Notes: generated from the sequence alone by a model not told the origin. DNA of 64,000 nucleotides from Acidobacteriota bacterium (GCA_003222895.1 QHXI01000052.1:118109-182108), one strand, 5' to 3'. Positions 46,547 through 55,555 are shown, counted from the stretch's first letter. Numbers and translations are program-made.

Positions 46547-47308
46547 ATGAGCCACTTAGCCCGATTCTCAATGGCCAGTTTTCTGCTAGTGGCGGGCAGT
46601 GTGTCTGCCACTTCGCAAACTTCCGGCGATTCGGTGAAAGAAGCTCAACGGCTCACCCGCGTGGCACAAACTGCTCAACATCAAGGCCGTTATGAAGACG
46701 CGATCAAAGCTTACGAAACGATCGCGGTCATCGCGAAAACGTCGCCGCAGATTGCCGCATCGGCGCTCTTGAATGCCGGCAATATTTACATGGCGAGTGG
46801 CCGTTTCGCGCAGGCAGCAAACGCGTACAGGGCGTCGCTCATCTTCGATCCAAATTCAGCCGAAACGCAAAATAATCTGGGTGAAGCTCTCGGCGAATTG
46901 AAACAATATAAGCCGGCGTTGGGGGCGTTTCAGCAGGCAGTGTCGTTGGATGGCGCGTTCGTCAAAGCGCGTTACAACATGGGAGTGACGTACGACAAGC
47001 TGGGCCAACTGAAGTACGCCGAGTTCGTCTATCGAATCCTGATTCGCGATCATCCGGATTTTCCGCTCGCCTACGACAGCTTGGGCGTAGCGCTTTCGAA
47101 ATCAGGCCGCGCGCGCGAATCGATTCCGTTTCATCAAAAGGCGATCAGCCTCAACCCGAAAGATCCTTCCTTCTATTTCAACTCGGCGATTAGTTATTTG
47201 ATGTTGGGAGATCTAAAAAACGCGCGCGAGCAGCAGCAGCAACTTCAAAAACTGGATCCATTAGCCGCCCAACGCCTGGCCACCATCATCGGCAAGCATC
47301 AGAAATAA
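46547..47308 (+). CDS. Secreted TPR-repeat protein
   Basis: Signal-like MSHLARFSMASFLLVAGSVSATSQ, then about 6 TPR units (e.g. AETQNNLGEALGELKQYKPALGAFQQAVSLD). Start moved to ATG 46547. Confidence 0.65.
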   Translation: MSHLARFSMASFLLVAGSVSATSQTSGDSVKEAQRLTRVAQTAQHQGRYEDAIKAYETIAVIAKTSPQIAASALLNAGNIYMASGRFAQAANAYRASLIFDPNSAETQNNLGEALGELKQYKPALGAFQQAVSLDGAFVKARYNMGVTYDKLGQLKYAEFVYRILIRDHPDFPLAYDSLGVALSKSGRARESIPFHQKAISLNPKDPSFYFNSAISYLMLGDLKNAREQQQQLQKLDPLAAQRLATIIGKHQK

Positions 47309-47318
47309 TCAATCTCCA

Positions 47319-47448
47319 GCCACAAAAAGGCACAAGAAGCACAAAGGCTGTTTAGAGTTCACAAACTTCAAATCTCTGTTTGCGAAGCGCAAGCGAGAGC
47401 TTGAACTCTTAGCCAACTCTCTTTGTGTTTCTTGTGCCTTTTCGTGGC
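47319..47448. repeat. About 130-nt nested palindromic element (GCCACAAAAAGGCACAAGAAGCACAAAGG arms)
   Basis: Outer arms 47319-47347 and 47421-47448 are reverse complements. Inner arms agagttca / tgaactct. Confidence 0.7.
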
Positions 47449-47458
47449 TATTCTTTTC

Positions 47459-47608
47459 TCAGAAATTTCCCTGACACTCTTCGTGACTGCAATCGCAATC
47501 CAATTCGATTGTGTCACCGGTGCCTTCACACGAAGCACTGCAGTACTTTCCGCCTTCTTGTGGCGGGCAAGTGCACGGTGGATTCTTGCATTTCTTTTCG
47601 TCAGCCAT
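47459..47608 (-). CDS. Cys-rich metallothionein-like small protein (49 aa)
   Basis: MADEKKCKNPPCTCPPQEGGKYCSASCEGTGDTIELDCDCSHEECQGNF has 8 Cys and 1 His in 49 aa. Strong RBS GGAGGA lies 4 nt upstream of ATG 47608. The longer ORF-track form has no such signal. Confidence 0.55.
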   Translation of the reverse strand: MADEKKCKNPPCTCPPQEGGKYCSASCEGTGDTIELDCDCSHEECQGNF

Positions 47609-47915
47609 AGTTCCTCCTGAATTTATTCTGGAATGATTAAGCGGCTCGCGAAGCTTAGCACAGCCAACTCGCCGATTGGTATCGCGGTTTGCCGAAAGCA
47701 GGATCTGCCCGATAAGATTTTTTGGCTTCATACCTTCGATTACGCTGGACGGCGATTCGGTCGGAACGATTTGCACAAAAAGAGGCGCAGCATTTCTGAC
47801 TCGACCGAAAGAATCAGGCATCTGCGCGCAGGTCACGGCGTCCTCCTAATATAACGAACCTCCCAATTCTATTCGTGGCATTTCCATTGCTGGAAGGGCC
47901 GGCGGAGGACTGTTC

Positions 47916-48374
47916 ATGAACAAATCAATCCGAACCCGATTAAGCTTGCAGACGCGAGTTATGAACTTACTGTTAGTTTCGCTGCTGGCCTCGAGCACAA
48001 TTCTTCTCTTGAGCACAAAGGTTGCGGCGCAGAGCGTCGCCGCGCAGAGGGAGAGACCAACCCGGATGGTTTCGTTTCGTCGCGTCTTTGTGCGTTCGAA
48101 ATCGCTGTTGGTCCGCGGCGCGGTGGTAGAAGACAAACTGCTGAAGCGCCCCGAATTCAAGGAGCTTGGTTTTGTGATCACACGCGACGAGTCTGACGCG
48201 GATATCATTCTTGAATTGCGTCACGATCTCTTGACGAAATATGTGTTTAGCGTGGTCGATGTGAAGACGCAGACAGTGATTGCAGGCGGAAAACTCAGTT
48301 CACTTGGCGGCACTGTGGCGGGAAAAGTCGCCAAGCGTTTTGTGAAGGAAATGGCGCGAACCAATCTTGACTGA
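47916..48374 (+). CDS. Hypothetical secreted protein (152 aa)
   Basis: Hydrophobic N-terminal segment MNLLLVSLLASSTILLLSTKVAAQ. No family recognised. Confidence 0.45.
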   Translation: MNKSIRTRLSLQTRVMNLLLVSLLASSTILLLSTKVAAQSVAAQRERPTRMVSFRRVFVRSKSLLVRGAVVEDKLLKRPEFKELGFVITRDESDADIILELRHDLLTKYVFSVVDVKTQTVIAGGKLSSLGGTVAGKVAKRFVKEMARTNLD

Positions 48375-48464
48375 TTTGTCCTTTTGATCGATCGAGTGGC
48401 GCAAACCCAAATCTGCTTACCACAAAGAGAAATTAGATAAACTCTCTGCTCTCGCGTTTTTTGG

Positions 48465-49703
48465 TCACTCCTGGCGCGCGCTGTCCGATAACGATTGTGA
48501 CGCGGCAGCCAATGCGTCATCGATCGCGCTGACTTTCTTGCCGCCGCCCTGAGCCATGTCAGGTTTCCCGCCACCGCGGCCGTCGATCAACTCGCAAGCT
48601 TTACGCATTAACGCGTTCATGTCGCCCGCAGCATCAGCCGATCGAGCAAAGACCAGACGCGCGGTATCGCCGTCACGCGATCCTAACAAAGCGACGACAT
48701 TTGGATGAGCGATCAAGGCGAGCGCGAGATGTTTGAGTGAGTCGGCGTCGCGGTTATCAAAGATTCGCGACACAGCTATCGGATCAGGCGGGCGGTAGCC
48801 CGCGTCTAACCGAGATGCTTTCAGCAGATCTTCCGCTTCGACGCGACACGCAATCTCGTCCAGCTCGCGCACCCGACGCGAGAGGTGCTTGTTCTCGTCG
48901 ATCAATTTGGCGACGAGTGCCGGCGAGTCTTCGCGTCCCGCGCTGAATAGCGTCGCCACGTCGCTCGCGGTTCTGTTTGCTCTGCGATAATCGCGGAGAA
49001 CGCGAATGCCCGCCATGAACTGAATTCGGGTGAGGCCTTTCGCACGTTCCCAACTGCGCACCGCTATCACGCCAACCTCACCGGTTGATTTCGCGTGCGT
49101 GCCTCCGCAGGGCGTCAGATCAAAATCGGCAATCTCGATCACGCGCAGCTCCCCTTCGCGTGCCGGTTCCTTGCGCAACGGAAATGTCGCAGCTTCCGCG
49201 GATGTAACCTGCCGAATCCCAATCGGCCGACTCTCCCAAATGATTTGATTGGCAAGGTCGACTGCTCGTTCGATTCGCTCATCAGTTGGATCGTCGAGCG
49301 CGACATCGATCTCACATTCATGCTCGAGCATCCGAAAGCTCTTCGTCGGCGCGTCGAACAGCTTCACAAACGCCGCCGACAAAATGTGCTGACCCGTGTG
49401 CTGCTGCATGTGATCGAGCCGGCGCAGCCAATCAATTTTTCCGTGAATCGTGTCGCCAATCTCAGGAGTTGGCCCGTTAATGACATGCAGCACGCCGTCG
49501 TCTTCAGCGTCAATGCAATCCACCACCCGCGCGTCGCCGAGCGTCCCGGTATCGTTTGGCTGTCCGCCGCCGGTCGGATAGAACGCCGTGCGATCCAACA
49601 TCACGGCGATTGCGCCGTCGTCCCGCTCGGTCAAGTCGATCACGCGCGCGTCGAACTCCAGCAGACGCGAATCGGTGTAATAAAGCCTTTCAGTTGCGCT
49701 CAT
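48465..49703 (-). CDS. alaX: Alanyl-tRNA editing protein AlaX-L (AlaRS-related, with DHHA1 domain)
   Basis: HTGQHILSAAF and PCGGTHAKSTGE zinc and editing motifs. C-terminal GGGKPDMAQGGG of DHHA1. Confidence 0.8.
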   Translation of the reverse strand: MSATERLYYTDSRLLEFDARVIDLTERDDGAIAVMLDRTAFYPTGGGQPNDTGTLGDARVVDCIDAEDDGVLHVINGPTPEIGDTIHGKIDWLRRLDHMQQHTGQHILSAAFVKLFDAPTKSFRMLEHECEIDVALDDPTDERIERAVDLANQIIWESRPIGIRQVTSAEAATFPLRKEPAREGELRVIEIADFDLTPCGGTHAKSTGEVGVIAVRSWERAKGLTRIQFMAGIRVLRDYRRANRTASDVATLFSAGREDSPALVAKLIDENKHLSRRVRELDEIACRVEAEDLLKASRLDAGYRPPDPIAVSRIFDNRDADSLKHLALALIAHPNVVALLGSRDGDTARLVFARSADAAGDMNALMRKACELIDGRGGGKPDMAQGGGKKVSAIDDALAAASQSLSDSARQE

Positions 49704-49750
49704 CGAAGGTCGATGTTATCAAATGCCGAAGGAATTTTCAGACGGCGTCT

Positions 49751-51652
49751 ATGAATACAACCAAACGGTTCTTTGCTCGATTGGCATTGGCGGCTGCGAT
49801 CGTCTTTACGTTCACAGCATTTGCCGCCGCACAGGAGCAGCCGCTCAAGATCAAATACTGGCTCGGGATGTCGCAGCCGAGCTCGCATCTGTTTGAAGTG
49901 ACGATCGAAGTTGTTTTGCCCAATGATGAGAAAACAACTTCGCTGGATTTTCAGATGCCGAAGTGGTCGCCTGGTCGTTATGCAGTTTTCGACTTTGCGA
50001 AGAACGTGCAGGAAGTGAAGGCGCGTGAAGCGTGCCCCGCGGCTTTAGATTGCACTATGCCCGACTCTCAGATGACTCGCGTCGACGATCAGACATGGCG
50101 TGTCGATGTTCAGCGGAACAGGCCGGCCGGGATGTCTCTGATGTTCAGCTACAAAGTCTTCGGTAACGATCTCTCCGGCACATTCTCACAGCTCGATTCG
50201 CGTCACGCGAACTTCAACGGCGGCTGCGTGTTTATGTACGTCGTCAATCATAAGCAGGATCCGGTCGGCCTCTCGATCAAACCGCCGAATAGCTGGCGCG
50301 TCGTCAATGGCCGCACAGAGAAGAAAGATCAGACAGATTTTCAGTTCGCGAATTGGGACATTATGATCGACACCCCAACTGAAGTTTCGCCCGATTGGAC
50401 TGACGACACTTTCAACGTCGACGGCAAAACTTATCACGTCGTCGTTCATTCGATGGGCAGCGACGGCGGCAAACGTCCGGCGCTCGTCCACGACATCGAA
50501 AAGATCGTGCGCGCCGAAACCGCGATGTGGGGCGCGCCGGAATTCGATTCGTATACATTCCTGCTTCACTTTGCTAACGATGGTCACTCAAGCGACGGCA
50601 TGGAACATCTGACCTCGACGCAAATCATTCAACCCGGTGCGCTGGGTGACGCGGACACTTACGGGGAAACTCTCGATGCGGTCGCGCATGAGTTCTTTCA
50701 CGTTTGGAACGTGAAGCGTCTTCGTCCGATCGGACTTGGTCCATGGGATTTCACGCGGCCGGCAAACACGCGCGGACTTTGGGTCGCCGAAGGGATCACG
50801 AATTATTACGGTCACCTAATGCAGCGACGCGCAGGTTTGTGGGACGACGCTAAATTATTCAGCGCGCTCAGCGATCAAATTAGCGAAATTGAGAATGCCC
50901 CCGGGAGTAAATTGATGAGCGCCGAGGAATCTTCGCTCGTCGCGCCGTTCATCGATGACGCCCCCCACGCCCAGCAGACCAATCTGGGGAACACTACGAT
51001 TAGTTACTACCCGAAAGGCGAATCGATCGGCATCGTGCTCGATCTTTTGATTCGGGGAAAGACGCGCGGCAAAGCTTCGCTCGACGACGTGATGCGGCGG
51101 ATGTACGAAGAGTTTTATTTGCAGGGTCCGAACGCGACTTACTATCTGCGCGGCCGTGGCTATGCGCCCGAGGATTTTGCCCACGTAGCATCTGAAGTTG
51201 CCGGCCAAGACTTGAGCGATTTCTTCAAACGATATGTGCACGGCGTCGAAACTCTTCCTTACGAAGAAGCGTTCGCTCAAGTCGGTTTGCGTTTCGTTTC
51301 TGAACCTCGTCTGCCGGTAGCCGTGGGCATCAGTGCCGATGAGAATGAAATTGCCGTTTTCAAAATCTCGCGCGTCCGGCCGGACTCGCCGGCGTCGCAA
51401 GCCGGTCTTGATGTTGGCGATGTTATTACTTCGTTTGGCGGAACCAAACTGTCGCCCGCGAATTTTGTAAAGACGCTCGGACGTTACAAACCGGGCGATC
51501 GGGTTGCGCTCAAGGTGCAGCGCGGGCAGCGCACGATTCCGATAACGATCACTCTCGCCGCGCCGCAGATTCTGAATTATCGAATTGAAGAAAATCCGAA
51601 CGCCTCGGTGGAAATGAAGACCTTGAGAGCCGCATGGCTGAGCGGGAAATGA
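49751..51652 (+). CDS. M61 glycyl aminopeptidase family protein with a C-terminal PDZ domain
   Basis: Signal peptide, HEFFHVWNVKRLRP zincin motif, and PDZ segment PDSPASQAGLDVGDVITSFGG. Start moved to ATG 49751, because the upstream Arg-rich extension overlaps alaX. Confidence 0.8.
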   Translation: MNTTKRFFARLALAAAIVFTFTAFAAAQEQPLKIKYWLGMSQPSSHLFEVTIEVVLPNDEKTTSLDFQMPKWSPGRYAVFDFAKNVQEVKAREACPAALDCTMPDSQMTRVDDQTWRVDVQRNRPAGMSLMFSYKVFGNDLSGTFSQLDSRHANFNGGCVFMYVVNHKQDPVGLSIKPPNSWRVVNGRTEKKDQTDFQFANWDIMIDTPTEVSPDWTDDTFNVDGKTYHVVVHSMGSDGGKRPALVHDIEKIVRAETAMWGAPEFDSYTFLLHFANDGHSSDGMEHLTSTQIIQPGALGDADTYGETLDAVAHEFFHVWNVKRLRPIGLGPWDFTRPANTRGLWVAEGITNYYGHLMQRRAGLWDDAKLFSALSDQISEIENAPGSKLMSAEESSLVAPFIDDAPHAQQTNLGNTTISYYPKGESIGIVLDLLIRGKTRGKASLDDVMRRMYEEFYLQGPNATYYLRGRGYAPEDFAHVASEVAGQDLSDFFKRYVHGVETLPYEEAFAQVGLRFVSEPRLPVAVGISADENEIAVFKISRVRPDSPASQAGLDVGDVITSFGGTKLSPANFVKTLGRYKPGDRVALKVQRGQRTIPITITLAAPQILNYRIEENPNASVEMKTLRAAWLSGK

Positions 51653-51655
51653 ACT

Positions 51656-51831
51656 ATCCACAGATTACGCAGATTACACAGATAAAACATTTAGCCGCGA
51701 AAAGGCACCAAAAGCACAAAATGAGATTGGCAGCTCCATGAACCCTCTGCCTATCCGACATCTCCTTTTTTGAGCCTTTTGTGCCTTCTTGTGGCTGTTT
51801 CTAATCTGTGTAATCTGCGTAATCTGTGGAT
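51656..51831. repeat. 176-nt nested palindromic (MITE/REP-like) element with perfect 28-nt terminal inverted repeats
   Basis: atccacagattacgcagattacacagat (51656-51683) is the exact reverse complement of 51804-51831. Inner GGCACAAAAG-type arms lie at about 51694-51720 and 51774-51796. It fills the gap between two convergent stop codons to within 3 nt. Confidence 0.85.
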
Positions 51832-51834
51832 TCT

Positions 51835-52746
51835 TTACTTCGCTAATCGTGACGCAATCACTTTCGCCGCAGTCGCGCCTGCTCCAACCGCACCCGCGAT
51901 CGTCGGCGCCAGCGGATTCGCGCCATCGCCGATTGCGAAAACGTTCGCGACGCTCGTCTCTTGTTGTGAACCGACAATCACATAGCCAGCCTCATCCAAC
52001 GCCAACTGGCCGCGAATGAAAGCTGTGTTGGGTTCCCAGCCGATTCTGACCAGGACGCCTTGCACCGCCATCTGAAACGGCTTGATAGCTTGCTTGCGTT
52101 CAACCTCGACAGCTTCGACGCTATCGTTTCCGATAATGCGAATCACGCGCGATTCAGGAAACACCGTGATGCAGTGATGCGTGTGAAGTTGTTGAGTGAA
52201 TTCGGCGCGCGCGCTCATTTTCTTGCCGCGATGGACCAGCGTTACGGTTGGACAAACTTCAGCGAGCAGCAAAGCGTTCTCTGCGGCCGCATCGCCGCCG
52301 CCGATGACGCAAACGTCTTTGCCGGCAAACTGTTCGCGATCGCGAGTTGCCGATTCAATGATGCCACGCCCTGCGAATTCTTTTTCACCGGGGATACCGA
52401 GCCTTCGTCGACATAAACCGGTGGCGATGATCATCGCGATCGATTGCAGATCTTCTCCACTTTTCAGCACAACGCGTTTCGCTTTCAAGTCGACGCTTTC
52501 GATCTCAACGTTGGTCCAGAGATCGAAATCGCAATCTTTGGTGTGTTCAATGAAGCGTTCGCGCAGCTCTTCACCATTGTTTGCATGAAGACCGAGATAG
52601 TTGTCGATCGGGTTGTGTACGAGAGAGAGTTGACCACCGACTGCACCGCTTTGTTCGAGCACGAGCGTGTCGAGACCAAGCTCGTCACACCACCGCGCTG
52701 CGGAAAGACCGGCGGGACCGGCGCCTATGATTACGACATCGTTCAT
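51835..52746 (-). CDS. Thioredoxin-reductase-like FAD/NAD(P) oxidoreductase lacking the CxxC redox centre
   Basis: VVIIGAGPAGLSAA and VCVIGGGDAAAENA dinucleotide motifs. The position of the TrxB CATC motif reads ESATRD. Confidence 0.7.
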   Translation of the reverse strand: MNDVVIIGAGPAGLSAARWCDELGLDTLVLEQSGAVGGQLSLVHNPIDNYLGLHANNGEELRERFIEHTKDCDFDLWTNVEIESVDLKAKRVVLKSGEDLQSIAMIIATGLCRRRLGIPGEKEFAGRGIIESATRDREQFAGKDVCVIGGGDAAAENALLLAEVCPTVTLVHRGKKMSARAEFTQQLHTHHCITVFPESRVIRIIGNDSVEAVEVERKQAIKPFQMAVQGVLVRIGWEPNTAFIRGQLALDEAGYVIVGSQQETSVANVFAIGDGANPLAPTIAGAVGAGATAAKVIASRLAK

Positions 52747-52867
52747 GCTTCTGATTTACTTTTGCAAGCGGTGTTAGAGTACCGGCTTTAGCCGGATTTT
52801 TCGATTAGAGTAAGAGCCCAACTGAAGTTGGTACTCTGACGCCTGTAATCCGGGGACCGCGCTATGC

Positions 52868-53848
52868 CTAATTCGGATCGGGCGGTTGATAAAGATTCGG
52901 AATCGCGGCTATTGCCGCATCCGAAAGTGGCTTCAATTTCAACTGTTCGATCAGGAAATGAATCCGATCGCGGCGCGCTTCGGCGTTGAGCGCGTGCTCA
53001 GCATCGTAGATTTTCAGTTGCTTAGGCTCGCTTACGATCGCCGCATACTGATGCGCGCGATCCGCATTGAGAAATTTTTCGCGCGATCCGTACTGAAGCA
53101 AAATCACCGCTGGTGCAGCGTGCGAAACGAACTTGCCTTGATCGAGGTAACTATATTTCGCGATGAAAGCATCGACTTTCTCAGGCCCCATCTTTTGACG
53201 GAACTCCTGAAAGTCCTTCGTATTTTGCGAAATCTCGTCGGATGTTGTTCCGGCCATCAGCACGAAGGCTTCAAAGCGACGATCAAGACCGCTCAACAGA
53301 GCGCCCACCGCGGCGTTGCAGCTGTGCCCGACGAAAGCTATTCGCTTAGGGTCGACATCCCTTCGGGCAACTAACAGATCGACTCCGCGCCGCATGTCGA
53401 CTACTTGCTGAAGGAACTCGGTGGCATTCCGCTCGTCCAGCGGATCTTTGATTTGCACGTATCCCGGCCGCGACATGGGGTGGTCCGTCAAGAGCGAGAC
53501 CACTCCGGTCTCCGCTAGCGCTACGGCTTCATCAAAAAACTCTCTCCGGTTGCGCATCGAAGAGTTCTGCCAGCACCAATGTCCCCAGATCACCGCGGCG
53601 AACGGCCCTCGGCCTTTCGGCACGACGAGATAGGCCGGCACGACCCCGCCCTTCGGACTGTCGTAAGTGATGTCATAGACTGTCGCAGTTGCGCGTCGCT
53701 GAATGCCGATCTGTTTGATGTTGAGTGGGGCTTCTTGATCGTAGTCGAAGTGGCGGACGAGATCGGGTTCCTGCGCAGATCCGACCGCAAACGCAGCAAA
53801 CAATAGGGAGCAGATTGCCAGCAGATGAAGCGATCGCCAAATTCTCAT
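52868..53848 (-). CDS. Secreted alpha/beta hydrolase (dienelactone hydrolase / esterase-like)
   Basis: Signal peptide MRIWRSLHLLAICSLLFAAFAVGSAQ and nucleophile elbow FVGHSCNA. Confidence 0.6.
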   Translation of the reverse strand: MRIWRSLHLLAICSLLFAAFAVGSAQEPDLVRHFDYDQEAPLNIKQIGIQRRATATVYDITYDSPKGGVVPAYLVVPKGRGPFAAVIWGHWCWQNSSMRNRREFFDEAVALAETGVVSLLTDHPMSRPGYVQIKDPLDERNATEFLQQVVDMRRGVDLLVARRDVDPKRIAFVGHSCNAAVGALLSGLDRRFEAFVLMAGTTSDEISQNTKDFQEFRQKMGPEKVDAFIAKYSYLDQGKFVSHAAPAVILLQYGSREKFLNADRAHQYAAIVSEPKQLKIYDAEHALNAEARRDRIHFLIEQLKLKPLSDAAIAAIPNLYQPPDPN

Positions 53849-53944
53849 TGATGCTACCTCGCTCGTGAATTGTCGTTGACAATATCATATCGCGATGCGA
53901 CGCTGAATCGCTTCGCAATCCAAACTGCGAAAGGAGGAATCGCG

Positions 53945-54976
53945 ATGCGTCTAACTGAGATGGTTTCGTGCTCTGGTTGAGCGGCCAAGCTCGCGCCTGG
54001 CGTCCTCGCTCAAGTGTTGAGCGGGCTTGAAAGACAACCTTACGATCCGAATCTGCTGGTCGGCTTCGACAAAGCGGACGACGCCGGAGTGTATCGACTG
54101 CGCGACGATCTCGCGCTGGTGCAGACGCTCGATTTTTTCACGCCGATTGTCGACGATCCTTTTATCTATGGTCAGATCGCGGCGCTTAATTCAATCAATG
54201 ACGTTTGGGCGATGGGCGGGACGCCGGTAACGGCGATGGCGATCACCTGCTTTCCCAAGAAGGGCGTCGACTTTTCGATTCTGCAGGAGATCATGCGCGG
54301 CGGTCTGTCGGTTTTGACTGAGAATAGAGTCGTGTTGGTCGGCGGTCATAGTGTGGATAACGAACAGATCATGTTCGGCTATTCAGTCACGGGCACGATC
54401 GATCCGAATCACGTGGCGACGAATGCGGGCGCGCGACCCGGCGATGCGATCATTCTGACGAAACCGATCGGCACGGGCGTTATCTCAACCGGAATAAAGC
54501 GCGCAAAAGCCTCGCCCGAAGTTGTCGCCGAATCGATTGCGACGATGTTGACGCCGGGCAAGTATGCGGCGGAAGCGATTGCAAAATTCGATGTGAAAGG
54601 CGCGACCGATGTCACCGGGTTCGCCTTGCTGGGCCATGCGTGGGAGATGGCCTGTGCGAGTAATGTGACGATCGAGATCGATTCCGCGCGCGTGCCTTTG
54701 ATCAATGGCGCGCTGGACTTAGCGCGGATCGGAATGCTGACCGGAGCGGATAAGACGAATCGCGAATACGTCGGCGAAGATGTGTCGCTTGACGAAGGCA
54801 TCGATCCGAATTTGATGAAGCTCTTTTATGATCCGCAGACGGCGGGCGGGTTGTTGTTGGCGATTCCGGAAGAGAAGGCGAATGATTTGTTGAGCGATTT
54901 GCGACGGAATTATGAGCGAGCAGAGGTCATTGGAAGAGTGATACGGCACGCCGGCAGAACAATTGTGTTCAAGTGA
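53945..54976 (+). CDS. selD: Selenide, water dikinase SelD, selenocysteine-containing (in-frame TGA at 53978-53980)
   Basis: RBS AAGGAGG lies 7 nt upstream of ATG 53945. Translation reads [28 protein letters not shown]... and is in frame with the ORF-track ORF 54014-54976. It matches the SelD N-terminal loop (GxGC/U.xK..P..L..VL). The remainder is AIR-synthase-like SelD ([20 protein letters not shown]). Confidence 0.85.
53981..54032 (+). promoter_or_regulatory. Candidate bacterial SECIS stem-loop downstream of the selD UGA
   Basis: caagctcgc (53986-53994) can pair with gcgggcttg (54021-54029), giving 9 bp including one G-U. An alternative apical hairpin is gctcaa-gtg-ttgagc (54008-54022). 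Folded by eye only. Confidence 0.3.
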
Positions 54977-54980
54977 GCAA

Positions 54981-55214
54981 ATGGATTTTGAAATACTCAG
55001 CGACATTACGGAAATCACAAAGATCGCCGTAGGTTCCAGCATTCGCGACGTAGCCAAGCTGCGAAGAAACTATGGAAGAGGACGCTGGCGAAAACTGAAA
55101 GGCGTCGCGACGATTCGGCTTCGGAATGGACGCATTCGGGTTGCCGAATTACACTGGTACGAAGCTCACGGCATCGGACGTAAGGACACGAAACGAAAGC
55201 GATACTTGGACTAA
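54981..55214 (+). CDS. Small conserved hypothetical protein (77 aa; WYEAHGIG motif family)
   Basis: IAVGSSIRDVAKLRRNYGRGRWRKLKGVATIRL..GRIRVAELHWYEAHGIGRKDTKRKRYL. I recall this pattern as a widespread small-protein family, but cannot name it. Confidence 0.55.
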   Translation: MDFEILSDITEITKIAVGSSIRDVAKLRRNYGRGRWRKLKGVATIRLRNGRIRVAELHWYEAHGIGRKDTKRKRYLD

Positions 55215-55218
55215 AATT

Positions 55219-55455
55219 ATGAAGCAAGACAAGAACCCTGCGTTGAAGTTTGTAGTTTGCGTCAATAACGAGAACTACGCGGCGTCTCTGGAACTTCACA
55301 AGATCTATCGCGTGTTGCCGGATGCGGACGCCGCCGCGGATGGCGATCTGCGAGTGATTGACGAGAGCGGCGAAGACTATTTGTACTCTGCAGATAGATT
55401 TGTTCCGATTGCTGTCCCGGAAGCTGTGCAGAAGTCGTTGTTGAAGGCGGCATGA
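55219..55455 (+). CDS. Small conserved hypothetical protein (78 aa), partner of the preceding ORF
   Basis: KFVVCVNNENYAASLELHKIYRVLPD...LRVIDESGEDYLYSADRFVPI. It starts 4 nt after the previous stop. Confidence 0.55.
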   Translation: MKQDKNPALKFVVCVNNENYAASLELHKIYRVLPDADAAADGDLRVIDESGEDYLYSADRFVPIAVPEAVQKSLLKAA

Positions 55456-55555
55456 GTTAACCAAAATAAAAGTCTATCTTTACGATCAAGGTTGGTTCAT
55501 TCCGATCAAACTTCCGACGGCAGCTAAAGAAGCAATGCTGGCAGCGGCCGCATAA

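Noticed and set aside
49556-49750. Arg-rich 65-aa N-terminal extension of the M61 peptidase ORF
   Set aside because: It overlaps the alaX coding region on the opposite strand. A proper signal peptide starts at ATG 49751.
52775-52850. Small ncRNA or terminator between two same-strand (minus) genes
   Set aside because: accggct-tt-agccgg followed by attttt would terminate plus-strand transcription, but no plus-strand gene is present. Together with agagtacc...ggtactct and ccaact-gaa-gttgg, it looks like another REP-type element. There is no basis for an ncRNA call.
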